Shown here one piece after another: positions 19,974 through 31,406 of a DNA stretch of 64,000 nt. The DNA comes from a bacterium (GTDB lineage: Bacteria; SAR324; NAC60-12). The DNA lies in assembly GCA_965233585.1 (NCBI GenBank), contig CBDDTI010000408.1, positions 1 through 64,000 of the forward strand, given 5' to 3'. Position numbers and translations under genes: made by a program. The notes below the pieces were generated by a model that was given only the letters and a program-made list of their open reading frames with translations, was not told the DNA's origin and did no database searches. Each line of letters starts with the position of its first letter. The first letter of the stretch is position 1.

Positions 19974-20976
19974 TACCTGCACCGTTTTTCTTAGGAAATT
20001 CCTCTGTTATTCTGGATGTGGAAAATTCCGCTGAGTATTTAGCTGTAGATACTCATGGTTTTGTTGGAAAACAGATGACTTCTTTTGAATTCCAACTCTG
20101 CAAAAAGATTTCTGCTGTATACCACTGCCCAGATATGAATTTACTTTCCAAGAATTTGACTACTCTTTGTTTATATAACTTATACTCGCAAAGCGCTTCC
20201 AATATTGAGCGGACTTGTAATGTGAGGGTTAAAAAGATGCATTCGCACGCCGTCCAGATCTCTACTTCCTTGTACCGAATTATGACCTCCGAACCTACCC
20301 AACTGGTCGTTGAGTGTAAGAAGGAGACAAATATCACATCGATACAAGGAATCCATCTTCTTCAATTGACTGAAGAGTGTCCGAAGACATCAACATCCGA
20401 ATATCTGTTTGTTCGAGCACCGGACATGATAGGTTATCATGAGATTATCCTGTTACCTTTGCTTTCCCAGGCCAAGGAGTGGCTTGGGACAATTGCCAAG
20501 GAGGTCGATCTGACAAATGGTCTGGAAGGGATAGAGTTAACCAATTCTCTTTCATTACCAGAGTTCCGACGGAAAGTTAGTTCTTCTCAAGGCTCGTATT
20601 CTAGGGTCGAACGATATATGCTTTCTGTTGTGCTCTATGTGATCCTATTAGGGGCCTTTGTCTATATGATTTACTTCTTTCGACGGAAATTTAAGAAAAA
20701 TTCTCGTTGTGCTAAGCCGGAAGAACCTTCTTTACCTCTCATGTCACCAAATGCAGGATCTGTGTCTATTAGCAACCCGACTGCGCCTTTCCCCAACTCT
20801 GTTTTAAAGCAGTTTGAATAGTTACAAAATGGAAACTATGCTTAGTATCCCCATTACTTGGAGGCTTGGCAACCCTCTCAGAAAGGTAGACTTGATCACC
20901 TATTCTTTCTTGGCAGATTTAATGGCTGTACTAAACACGGTACGGGGTTTTCCATTTGCAAAAATCATTTACGATT
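19974..20976 (+). pseudogene. env: 5'-truncated second copy of the F-type env 3' end plus its 3' UTR, without LTR
   Basis: Colinear with 39-1041 at high identity. Frame is open to the stop at 20821. Homology ends at catttacgatt, just before the PPT of copy 1. Confidence 0.85.
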
Positions 20977-21749
20977 GACTTTCTTCCCCTAGATAATATT
21001 TAATCCCTTTCCCCCTTTTTCCATTCCTTTTTTTTGCAAGGCTGGATGGTTGAAATCAATAGATGGTACTAGCCGGCCAAATTTGCCCTGAGATTTGCTT
21101 TCATGCTTTCATTTGTTTTGGCGGAAGGGAAGTAAAAAAAGAGAGCTTGTTTTTTTGGCTTTAGCAGGGACAAATAGAGGTCAAAACTCTTTCAGTTTGA
21201 AATACACAACTTGAATTCAGTTAACTATCAATTCCTCAGTGAAGTAGTTTTCATTGGGAGCTAACTCAGGGCCAAATTTGGACTGAGATTTGCTTTCCTT
21301 CAAAAAAAAAAAAAAAAAAAAAAAAAAACGAGCCCGTTTTTGGGCTTTAGCTGGGGCAAATAGTGATCAAATCTCCTTCAGTTTGATATATACAACTTGA
21401 ATTCAGTTCATGAGATACCTACCAGTTCCTCAGTGCAGTAGTTCTCCTTGGGAGATAACTTCAAGGCCAAATTCATTTCATATCCATCTCTCAATGTATG
21501 GTAAATATGTATGCTGGCCAGTTTTGTACCCGTTTTTGCCGCTTGAGACCATATGGTAATGCAAAAATTAGAATAACTATTCGATACTCAAAAATTCCCA
21601 CAAACCTTCCTACACAGGTCAAAAAAAATTGTGAAAGTTTTAAGTCATTCCAGGAACTAGGAAAAAAAATATTTACCAACAAACTTTTGCTGATGTCCAT
21701 TTCGCCATTGGCGAAAAATAGCATGACTTTGAATGTCCTCTACTCAGAC

Positions 21750-21927
21750 TACACCTCTATCAGAACCAGAAAGGCAGCTCCTTGCACCATATTCAACAAA
21801 AGCAAATGCCTTTTGTGGGCCACATGGTTCATTCTTCACAATTTTCTTTCTTCCCAATTCACAGAAGGCATTTGCTTTTGTTGAATATGGTACAAGGAGC
21901 TGCCTTTCTAGTTCTGATAAAGGTGTA
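21750..21927. repeat. Near-perfect 68-bp inverted repeat (hairpin) with ~42-nt loop
   Basis: Arms 21750-21817 and 21860-21927 differ at only 4 positions, all transitions. Confidence 0.9.
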
Positions 21928-22215
21928 ATCTCTTCAGCACTGACTTTATCAGAGTTACTACCCAATACATAGAGAACATGTTGAAAAAAAGTTTGAATGT
22001 ATATCATACTTGGTTTGGATTTTATATTCATTTTAAAAAAGCGACTTTTATGTTATATGATCACCACCGGCGAAAATGGGTTAAACAAAAAGATGGGTCC
22101 TGCCAACATGAAGACATATCTGTTGTTTTCATTAGAATCTACTGAGTGGTTTCCACAAGAAACACAGTGACCTGTTAAAATGACAACACGGTAGTTAATG
22201 CAAACTGGCTCTTAC

Positions 22216-23445
22216 GGCACTTATTTATGTCTCGATGGTTCTCCTCACAATATTCAGTGCAGTTTGAGTTTGTTCTTTCATCACAGCATGTTTGCGACAT
22301 TCCCATTAAACATTCATCCTTGCATTGGTAGGTGTTCTCCTCTGAGCAGTTGGATACTGCAAACACATATACCTTTGTTAAAACATTACCGCATTGATAA
22401 TCAATAGGCATTTCATAATATCTTTTTCTCTTATTATTCCAGCCAACTTTAGAATATTTCTAGAGTTTATGATAAAAAATCTTAGAAAAAAGAATTGTTC
22501 TTAGTTGATTGTCAAACAGTACCCAGCCCCATCTTTAAAATGCAATGTCAGAGCAAGAATAAATGGGTTCAGATTTCTATCTAACTATCTATTCAACTTC
22601 GTCTCATGGACCACTAACACAATCCTAATAAATGGTCCAAAAATTTTTAGGGTTTATTATATATTTATTTCATTCAAATAATTTTGTTATTAGTATTTAT
22701 TTATTACTAATTTTAATTTTTTTAAAAAATTTAGGATCACATTTCAGGATTGTGTCTATGGTCCACAAGCCTCAATTTCATGTGAACATTTGTGCCTATC
22801 TCAAGCTTACCGCAATTTTCTTGGTTCAGTTTTGCAGTTTCTTCACAGTAGTCCTCGCAGTTGCTATAATCACTTCCATCACAGCACGGTTTTGTTTGTC
22901 CTTTCAGACACTCCTTACTACAATTGTAGGGTCCTGGACATTTAATATCTTAAGTAAATACATAGTTAGATTATTCTCTTTCTATCCTTTAAAGGGTCTT
23001 TTCAACCGGAATCAACTCAACTGCATTCATTTTCGCTGCCTTCCAATTTCTTACAGAAACTATGGCAATCATCATCAGTATTTCCATTGCAACATGACTT
23101 GTTTTTTTCGCCCTTGTAACAATGATCCCGGCACTGGTAGCTACTGGATATAGAGCAGTTTGTGGCTGAAAGTATAAGGTTCAGTATGGATGTATCTTTG
23201 TCTGTCTTAAACATGGGGTATTTCAAACAAAACATGGGGAAATGTGTAGACGAAATGTATACATATATTACCTCATATACATTTCGTGTCTAACCATTTA
23301 TAAAAGTTCTTACGACAATCCGCTGATGAGTTTTTACATGCATCCTCACATCTAACCACATTATTATTCTCATCACAACATTTTTCATTGACACCAAGAA
23401 TGCAATTTTTGCAGCTATATGAAAAGTCTTTTCCACATATGATTT
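22216..23445 (-). CDS. Four symmetric phase 1-1 exons, each encoding one 8-Cys module (cluster 1)
   Basis: AG/GT-bounded exons 23314-23445, 23022-23165, 22811-22948 and 22216-22356 (132, 144, 138, 141 nt). All are stop-free with the same Cys pattern, e.g. IKCPGPYNCSKECLKGQTKPCCDGSDYSNCEDYCEETAKLNQENC. Confidence 0.85.
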
Positions 23446-23620
23446 CTGCAAAAAATTTCAAGATTTAGACAAAAAGTCGTAGGACATGTTGAAGAAGAAT
23501 AGGACTAGCAAGATAATTTTTTCTCAATTCTGCTAAAAAACCAACATTTTAGTGTGTCTTAGATACATTTATGTAAAGAAAGCATGGTAGATTGCCACCC
23601 ATAAACACCAATCAGAATTA

Positions 23621-23791
23621 AGTGCTTGGTTATATCGAAAGGTGTGGTACCATCAGATACCATTTGAAATGTTTTTGATGCTTCCCATCGGAATTCTATC
23701 CTTCCATTTTTTCTTTTAGCCAATGGGAAGCATCAGAAATGTTTCACGTGACATCTGAAGCCACCCACATGTTTCAATGCAACCAAGCGCT
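23621..23791. repeat. Imperfect ~70-bp inverted repeat (old MITE or hairpin)
   Basis: agtgcttggtt...tgatgcttcccatcgg pairs with ccaatgggaagcatca...aaccaagcgct. Confidence 0.7.
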
Positions 23792-24100
23792 AAGCTTACA
23801 ATGATAAAAATCGGAAAATCCATTTTTTACATTAGCGATACCAATTTTATTTCAAATCAGCAAGAAACATCGTTCAGCATCAGAAGAAATTCAGGTATTT
23901 ATTTCATTATATGGGAAATTTTGATTTACATAGTTTTAACTGATACTTAAACTTATGTGACTATAAGATTGGTTAACTATAAGATGTTTTTCGTGAGCTG
24001 CAATGTAAAAAAATTAAAAATATCTTCTTTTGCCTATCTTATTCCATTTTTCAATGTCCACAAGGATCTGTTCTATTTTCGCAATAGTTTACCGTAATTA

Positions 24101-24293
24101 CAGTGTTTTCAGAAGAAGTATACCTCAGAATTTTGAAGAATATGTTGTAACTGCTCCATGATGAAAAGATTTCATGGGTGGAGCACCGAATTCTTCTTCT
24201 TTTTTTCTCTCTAGGCAAATACTGGCAGTTCATCTTAGAGCGGTTACAACATACACTTCAAAATTCTGAGGTATACTTCTTCTGAAAACACTG
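24101..24293. mobile_element. Tc1/mariner-type MITE, 193 bp
   Basis: ~57-bp TIRs beginning CAGTG and ending CACTG, with TA on both sides. A related empty site (ccgtaaatTAgctgaaacc) is present in reverse at ~31655-31710. Confidence 0.85.
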
Positions 24294-25147
24294 TAGCTGA
24301 AACCTTAAGAAATCTGGAAAAATAGGTATATTGTAGGCCATATTCTATTTTCACTGTAGAAATCATGGCTAATCCTCAATCTCCACAGAGACCGACCTGG
24401 CGACTTTGAAGAGAGGACAAGAACATGTTAATGAAACAAAAAAATAAAGAAATAATAAAGAAATATTGACCATGCTGTTTTTTTTTCTCTCACTTGAAAT
24501 TGAAGTGAAGTGAAATCTTGGCTTTTAAAAGTTACATTTTCGACCTGTAAATATGTCATTATGACCTTTGGCATTATCTTCTTTTGCCTATCTTATTCCA
24601 TTTTTCAAGCAGAAATATTATATTTACAGGTATTTTAAGAGTCTATTTTTTTTAAATCAACTTCTTCAATTTCAAGGGGCAAGTCATTATGACCTTTGGC
24701 ATGTCCTTTAGCAGAAATATTATATTTACAGGTATTTTAAGAGTCTATTTTTTTTAAATCAACTTCTTCAATTTCAAGGGGCAAGTGGCATGGCAGGCAG
24801 GAATCAGCAAATGTTTTTTAACAACACTACTTAGAGCTTGCACCAAAGAGATTATAAACATGTATAGAAGGAAGCTCCATACATTAAGAAACCAATTATA
24901 AAAATGTACTTTTCCAGAAAGAGGAGACAACTGAAAAGCGGCAAAAACATTAATTTTAGACCATCAAATCAGGTCATTTTTACTTAAATGATAAATAGTA
25001 CGCACACTAGTTATATAATAAAAAGATAAAAAATAAAGATTAGAACATGTATAGTCATTCTCTGGTTAATTCCAAAGCCGTCTCCACCGTGGAAGGGAGT
25101 TTTGAACTCGGCAAGTAGAAGAACAACGACCCGACGAGAAGCTCGGC

Positions 25148-25477
25148 AAGGAGATCCGGAAAGTCTTCAACGTGGCCGTTCTAGTCTAAAAGTCTAAAAA
25201 GACTGCCTGAGTGCATTTCAAGATCAGGAAAGTCTTCAACGTGGCTATTCGAAGTCTAAAAAGACTCCCTGAGCACCTTTCAAGATCCGGAAAGTCTTCA
25301 ACATGGCCGTTCAAAGAGTCTTGAATGCTAAAAAGACTGCCTGAGTGCGTTTCAAGATCCAGAAAGTTTCAACGTGGCCGTTCATAGTCTTGAATGCTAA
25401 AAAGACTGCCTGAGCACATTTCAAGATCAGGAAAGTCTTCAACATGGCCGTTCAAAGAGTCTTGAATGCTAAAAAGA
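25148..25477. repeat. ~57-62-bp minisatellite, about 5.5 units
   Basis: Repeated caagatccggaaagtcttcaacgtggccgttc...aaaaagactgcctgag. Confidence 0.85.
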
Positions 25478-25988
25478 ACATTTCTTCCGATCATTTCTAC
25501 ATAAAATACATTTCTTGCTAATGTTGCTCAATCTCAAGATATTAGCATTTTTCTGGAGGCAGTTGTGATCTGTAAACAGAGTAATGATTTGAACACTTTA
25601 ACCTTCTTATCTTCACCTGGAATTTTTTTGAAGGATTTCATTAACATTCATAAGAATGTGTGGTTCTTTTGAAGATTCCAATTGATATCGAAGGGAATTC
25701 CATATCCTAATTCAAAGAAAACAGTGAAGATATCTGAGGTTCACAAACTGATTCATATTCAAAATGATCAACATGTAGCGAGTTCCCAAGAGAGTTGCGC
25801 GTCTGCGTTATCAGAGATCACAGTACTTATGATCCGGTCGAGCCGGCAGCTGTTGTTTACTTCACACGCTTCGCTCAGAAATAAATTCAGTTCATTTCTC
25901 TCGCTTCAACTTCTCGCTTCAGTGGTGACCACTCCGTACAACACGCAACCTTCGAAGAAAAATTTGCCTGAGTCAATAGCTGCAAACG

Positions 25989-26750
25989 ATGGCCAAGGTA
26001 GAGGAAGAAGCCACAGTAGGCACATTGTCGGTCAAATTGCCAACGTTCTGGCCAGACATGCCGGAAGTATGGTTCGCCCAGGCCGAAGCAAACTTCAGGG
26101 CAAGAAGGATCACCAGCCAGAAGTCGAAATTTAACCTGGTTGTGGTGGCGTTGGACGCGGACACGCTGAAGGGCGTACTGGACCTGATTGAACAGGACCC
26201 AGATGAAGAGTCGTACGACCGGCTGAAGGCAAGGCTGGTGCAGGCCTACAAGTTGTCGACAGTCGACAAGGTCAAGCAGTGCATGGAGCTGCAGCCGTTG
26301 GCAGATGAGAACCCGATCAAATTAGCGGACCAGATGATCGCGTTAACCTGGGATGCCACCGCAGAGGATATCGTCAAGACGATGTTCCTGCTTAAGCTAC
26401 CAGATTCGGTCCGCAAAGCCATGTGGGCGGAGCCGCTAAAGGACTGGTCCGAGATGAAGGCCAGGGCAAAAGGGCTATGGCATGCAGAGAAGACCAAACG
26501 CCAGGCTGCCACGTACGAAGTAGCAGGCGCCCGCGCCATCAGCCAAGACGATGAAGTAGAGACGAACGCTGTCCGGTTTAAACCTAAAGGTAAAAATAAC
26601 CAAAATTCTAAAAAGTTTAAAGACTTCGCAGGTACGTTCTACCAACGACCAAATGGCCCGTGCGTGTTCCACGAGTTCTACGGACAATCTGCAACCAGGT
26701 GCCGTTCACCATGCAGTCAGGCGGGAAACGGGAAAGCCGGGCGTCAGTAG
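25989..26750 (+). CDS. gag: Gag (253 aa)
   Basis: N-terminal VKLPTFWPDMPEVWFAQAEANF motif typical of small arthropod gypsy Gags; C-terminal CVFHEFYGQSATRCRSPC zinc finger. Confidence 0.9.
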   Translation: MAKVEEEATVGTLSVKLPTFWPDMPEVWFAQAEANFRARRITSQKSKFNLVVVALDADTLKGVLDLIEQDPDEESYDRLKARLVQAYKLSTVDKVKQCMELQPLADENPIKLADQMIALTWDATAEDIVKTMFLLKLPDSVRKAMWAEPLKDWSEMKARAKGLWHAEKTKRQAATYEVAGARAISQDDEVETNAVRFKPKGKNNQNSKKFKDFAGTFYQRPNGPCVFHEFYGQSATRCRSPCSQAGNGKAGRQ

Positions 26751-26768
26751 CGTCAATCGCGGCCGGCT
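26723..26768 (+). promoter_or_regulatory. Programmed -1 ribosomal frameshift signal
   Basis: G GGA AAC heptamer (26723-26729) in the correct gag phase, with pol in the -1 frame. Stem agccgg/ccggct starts 6 nt downstream. Confidence 0.8.
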
Positions 26769-29700
26769 CACTAACCCTACACGACGCCAATTCCAACAAA
26801 ACCTTCCTTATCGACACGGGAGCAGAGGTCAGCGTCGTGCCCGCAACCGAACAAGAGAGGCAAAAGGCACCGATGGAAAAGGAACTGGTTGCGGCTAACG
26901 GGTCACGTATCAGGTGCTACGGAGAGAAGAAGGTCAGTTTTCACGTTGGCTCCAGGACGTACGAATGGAAATTTCTGGTGGCAGACGTGAAGAGGTCTCT
27001 CATCGGTGCGGATTTCCTGACCCACAGCTCTCTGCTGGTGGATCTGCGCAATAAGCAAATGGTTCATCCCGATGACTTGAACGCAACGCCTCTACAGCAG
27101 ACGAAGCATAGGTCCCGGATAAGCGGGCTGACGTTCGCAGCAAGTGCAAGGCCGTCCCCGTTGTCCAAGTTGTTCGCCGAGTTCCCGACGGTCACAGTGC
27201 CAAACTTCAAGATCGAGCATCCGAAGCACGCGGTTAGGCATACGATCGAAACGCGTGGACAGCCAATCAGGGCCAAAGCAAGGCCATTGCCGCCGCAGAA
27301 GCTGGCAGCAGCGAAGGCGAACTTCGCCGAGATGGCGGCCTCAGGCATAGTTAGACGATCAAACGGACCATGGTCGTCGCCGTTGCACGTGGTTACAAAG
27401 AAGGACGGTAGTTTCAGAATGTGCGGAGACTATCGCAGGCTTAACACCGTCACGACGCCAGACCGGTATTCCATACCGCTCATTGCCGACTTAACCTCAC
27501 GACTGCAGGGTAAGAAATTTTTTGGCAAAGTCGATCTGGTAAAAGGTTATCATCAGATTCCCGTAGCCGAGCAGGATATCGCTAAAACGGCGATAACGAC
27601 GCCGTTTGGGACGTACGAGTTCCTTCGAATGCCGTTCGGGCTAAAGAACGCAGGTCAAACATTCCAAAGAATGATGGATGAAATCCTGAGCGACCTCGAT
27701 TACCTGTTCATCTATATGGACGACGTGTTGGTAGCCAGCCGTTCCATGGAAGAACATTTGGAACATTTTCGCGAACTATTTCGAAGGCTGACCGCCCACG
27801 ATTTAGTAGTAAGCCCGGCCAAGTGCCAATTCGGCAAAACGCAGATCGAATTTCTAGGCCATACTGTCACGAAAGACGGCATACAGCCTCTGCCCGAAAA
27901 AGTAGCTGCGATAAACGCGTACCCAGTACCGTCCTCGATGGACGAACTGCGAAGGTTCCTCGGCATGGTTAACTTCTATAACAGATTTATACCAAACGCC
28001 GCCAAGATTATGAAGCCATTATATGAGGCCACGACGGCTGAGAACTGCAGAAAGCAGAAAAATGGCAAGGAAAGGGCATGCAGAGAGCTCAAAACGAGCA
28101 AAAAGCCAATCGAATGGAACGACGAAAGGCGGAAAGCATTTCTAGAGGCCAAAACGGCCCTGGCAAAAGCCACGATCCTCCGCCATCCCAGACCGGGAGC
28201 GGAAATCGCGCTGAGCACGGACGCGTCAGGCGAAGCCGTAGGTGCTGTGCTGCAGCAGCGGCCAAAGGAAGGTGGCAAGTGGGAGCCATTGGCCTACTTC
28301 AGCAAAAAGCTAAACCCGCCCGAAAGAAAATACAGCGCATTCGACCGAGAATTGCTAGCAGTTTATTTGGGAGTTCGCCATTTCCGGCATTATCTCGAAG
28401 GACGCGACTTCCCGATTTTTACCGACCATCGACCTCTCACGTTTGCGATGGCGAAGGCTGCCGAACCCTGGTCACACAGGCAGGCCAGGCACCTGGAATA
28501 CATTTCGCAGTATTCAACGGACATCAGGTATGTTGCAGGGGCAGACAATGCCGTCGCAGACGCATTATCAAGGGCTGCCATTGAAGAAATCCGGCTAGGC
28601 ATTGACTTTAGCAAAATGGCAGAACTGCAGAGGCAGGATCCTGAGACGAGGGCCTACAAGACGTCGGTCACGGCGTTGAGATGGGAGGAAATCGAGGTGT
28701 CCAATGGCCAGCAAAAGCTGATATGCGACGTTGCTACGGGTGTTCCAAGGCCACTGGTGCCAGCGGCGATGCGGCGCGAGGTTTTCGATTTGGTGCATGG
28801 CCTATCGCATCCAGGAACAACGGCCACGGTAAAGATCATGAAGAACAAGTTCGTGTGGCATGGCATCGCAAAAGACGTCCGGGCTTGGGCCAGAGCCTGC
28901 ATTGGATGCCAGACAGCGAAGATCCATCGTCATAACCGGGCGCCATTGACCAAGTTCGAGAAAGCGACCGCACGGTTCGCGCACGTTCACGTCGATCTGG
29001 TTGGTCCATTGCCAGCATCAAAGGGATATACGCATCTCTTGACGGTAATCGATAGGTTCACCAGATGGCCGGAAGCGATCCCGCTCGCCCAGACAGATAC
29101 CGCATCGATAGGCAGAGCTTTCGCACTGCATTGGGTAGCTAGATTCGGCGTACCTTCGGATATTACGTCAGACCGAGGAGCTCAGTTCACGTCAGACATG
29201 TGGAAAGCTCTCACAGAATCACTGGGATCCAAAATCCACCATACCACGGCCTACCATCCACAGTCGAACGGCCTGGTCGAAAGATTCCACAGATCGTTAA
29301 AAGCGGCATTGAGAGCCAGGTTAACAACGCCGGCATGGTTGGACGAGCTACCCTGGGTCATGCTGGGACTGAGGACCATGCCGAAGGAGGATTTGGGCAC
29401 GTCGGTGGCAGAGATGGTCTATGGATCAACGTTGACGGTACCCGGAACCTTTGTGGGGCCTAGCAGCAATCCGGACGCTGCCGAGCATCTGCAGAATATG
29501 AGGAACATGGCCGGACGACTTGTGCCAGCACCGGATGCATGGCATGGTACGAAGGCCATAGCCATTACAAAAGGGTTAGACGAAGCAGAGTACGTCTTCG
29601 TGAGACGAGATGCTGCGCACAGTCCGTTGCAAACGCCATATACAGGTCCGTATAAAGTCCTCCAGAAGCAGGGTAAGTACTTCGTCATAAAATGCGGGGA

Positions 29701-29971
29701 GAGAGAAGAGAGCGTTAGCGTTGACAGATTGAAGCCAGTGAATGCTGAGCCAGACCGACCAACCGAGCCAGCGATGCCACCGAGGAGAGGACGTCCACCG
29801 AAGCAACGCGAAGAGAGATCAGCGGCTGAAAGAGGTCAAGCAGAGGCAAGGCCGGAACCGGAGAAGGAACAACAAGCACCATCGTACGCGCAGGTAACCA
29901 GACGGGGAAGAACAGTGAGGCCGCCGGACAGATACATAGCAACCACGAGAAATCCAGGCAGCAAAGAATGA
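26729..29971 (+). CDS. pol: Pol (PR-RT-RNase H-IN), expressed as Gag-Pol by frameshift
   Basis: FLIDTGAEVS; RMCGDYRRLN; RMPFGLKNA; YMDDVLV; TDASG..ELLAV..TDHRPL; HGLSHPG..CIGC; HVDLVGP, SDRG, VERFH; YTGPY. Confidence 0.97.
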   Translation, partial: RESRASVASIAAGSLTLHDANSNKTFLIDTGAEVSVVPATEQERQKAPMEKELVAANGSRIRCYGEKKVSFHVGSRTYEWKFLVADVKRSLIGADFLTHSSLLVDLRNKQMVHPDDLNATPLQQTKHRSRISGLTFAASARPSPLSKLFAEFPTVTVPNFKIEHPKHAVRHTIETRGQPIRAKARPLPPQKLAAAKANFAEMAASGIVRRSNGPWSSPLHVVTKKDGSFRMCGDYRRLNTVTTPDRYSIPLIADLTSRLQGKKFFGKVDLVKGYHQIPVAEQDIAKTAITTPFGTYEFLRMPFGLKNAGQTFQRMMDEILSDLDYLFIYMDDVLVASRSMEEHLEHFRELFRRLTAHDLVVSPAKCQFGKTQIEFLGHTVTKDGIQPLPEKVAAINAYPVPSSMDELRRFLGMVNFYNRFIPNAAKIMKPLYEATTAENCRKQKNGKERACRELKTSKKPIEWNDERRKAFLEAKTALAKATILRHPRPGAEIALSTDASGEAVGAVLQQRPKEGGKWEPLAYFSKKLNPPERKYSAFDRELLAVYLGVRHFRHYLEGRDFPIFTDHRPLTFAMAKAAEPWSHRQARHLEYISQYSTDIRYVAGADNAVADALSRAAIEEIRLGIDFSKMAELQRQDPETRAYKTSVTALRWEEIEVSNGQQKLICDVATGVPRPLVPAAMRREVFDLVHGLSHPGTTATVKIMKNKFVWHGIAKDVRAWARACIGCQTAKIHRHNRAPLTKFEKATARFAHVHVDLVGPLPASKGYTHLLTVIDRFTRWPEAIPLAQTDTASIGRAFALHWVARFGVPSDITSDRGAQFTSDMWKALTESLGSKIHHTTAYHPQSNGLVERFHRSLKAALRARLTTPAWLDELPWVMLGLRTMPKEDLGTSVAEMVYGSTLTVPGTFVGPSSNPDAAEHLQNMRNMAGRLVPAPDAWHGTKAIAITKGLDEAEYVFVRRDAAHSPLQTPYTGPYKVLQKQGKYFVIKCGEREESVSVDRLKPVNAEPDRPTEPAMPPRRGRPPKQREERSAAERGQAEARPEPEKEQQAPSYAQVTRRGRTVRPPDRYIATTRNPGSKE

Positions 29972-30238
29972 ATAGGCAGACGCTGGAGGGGAGTTCTGTA
30001 GCGAGTTCCCAAGAGAGTTGCGCGTCTGCGTTATCAGAGATCACAGTTTCAGTTTACTTATGATCAGGTCGAGCCGGCAGCTGTTGTTTACTTCACACGC
30101 TTCGCTCGGAAATAAATTCAGTTCATTTCTCTCGCTTCAACGTCTCGCTTCAGTACCACAAATATTCAGTACCACATCGCCACTGCCTCCACTCACGGGC
30201 AGATTGACACACAGTTTATTCAATCATCGATTTTAGCC

Positions 30239-31406
30239 ATTTTACTACAGTATTGAATTATTTGGTATTTTATTATTATAATATTAACTTAATTTTATAA
30301 AAAAAATATTTCTCATAATAAATATTAGTATTTTTAACTAATTATATTACTTGATTGCAAAAGTTTGTTCACAAAAGAACAAAAACAGGGACTATTTTAG
30401 TAGTGGCTGTTGCATTAAGACCATTAGCGCCACCTGTTGTTTACACAGGGACAGGATGCAAGCAAAAATGTCTTTGAGTGCAAGGAAATATGGAAGGAAG
30501 CACAAGGAGGAGCACAGAAAGGCAGCGCACAGTGAACACTGAACACCCACCCCCACTCTGCCTCTTACAAAAGCCCCTATAGAAGTCAACTCATCATGAG
30601 GCCGGTAGGAAGGGAATTTCATGATGATTTTTTATCACGCAACCTTCACTTCAATGGGCTTTTATCGAGGTATGTGTTTCACTAGACAAAACTATTCATT
30701 GACTTTAAATCATGTAAAACATTTTCCTTTATTTTGCCATTGCTATTTTATAATTTTCAATTACGATCTGTATTACTTACTTAAACCTGTAAAAATCTGC
30801 TTTTTTTGAAAAAAATGTCATTGTATATGGAGTGATATTGGGCCTGATATGTGCTTGGACCTGATACCAATGCTGGCAATACAATGATGACTCCAAGCCT
30901 GTTCTGTCCTCCTGTTTGAATTTCAAAAGGTGGCATTAAAAAGGAATTCTCGGAACATTTTTTTCAAATTTTCACCAAACCTCCTTAGAAAGGCTGTGTA
31001 CATAGATAAAGGGCTGGGCAGTCACCTTTCTACGATACTTACCTATGAGTTTGTCTGATTTCACACCCCGCTTTGGTTTGATGAGTTGACTTCTCTAGGG
31101 GCTTTTCCTCTTACCAGCCAGTCTCTTACACAGTCTATTAAGACTATTATGCAACAATGTCATCTTTACAAAGACATTTTTGCTTGAACCCTGTCCCTGT
31201 GTAAACAACAGGTGGCGCTAATGGTCTTAATGCATAGCCACTACTAAAATAGTCCCTGTTTTTGTTCTTTTGTGAACAAACTTTTGCAATCAAGTAATAT
31301 AATTAGTTCAAAAAATACTAATATATATTATGAGAAATATTATTTTAATAAAATTAAGTAATATTATAATAGAAAACTATCAAATAATTCAATACTGTAG
31401 TAAAAT
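30239..31406. mobile_element. Foldback-like element with ~240-bp inverted arms and a nested inner inverted repeat
   Basis: Arms at 30239-30476 and 31169-31406. Inner pair aaaagccccta(t)agaagtcaactcatca at ~30569-30597 and ~31079-31106. Inner sequence is related to 45200-45810. Confidence 0.8.

Larger units (their letters stand above)
25774..30152 (+). mobile_element. Env-less Ty3/gypsy LTR retrotransposon (Mag-like), coding-intact
   Basis: LTRs TGtagcgag...ctcgcttCA at 25774-25921 and 29997-30152. PBS TGGTGACC (tRNA-Trp-like) at 25923. PPT ggaggggag at 29985-29993. Intact gag and pol. Confidence 0.95.

Noticed and set aside
22085..22171. Apparent TM-encoding exon after the last Cys module (HCVSCGNHSVD...MLAGPIFLF)
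   Set aside because: The acceptor-like sequence is the TIR of the MITE family at 52144-52681; other copies have stops and the intron would be only 44 nt.
25148..25477. CRISPR-like repeat array (also 3368-3545)
   Set aside because: The units are tandem with no unique spacers, there are no cas genes, and the context is eukaryotic.
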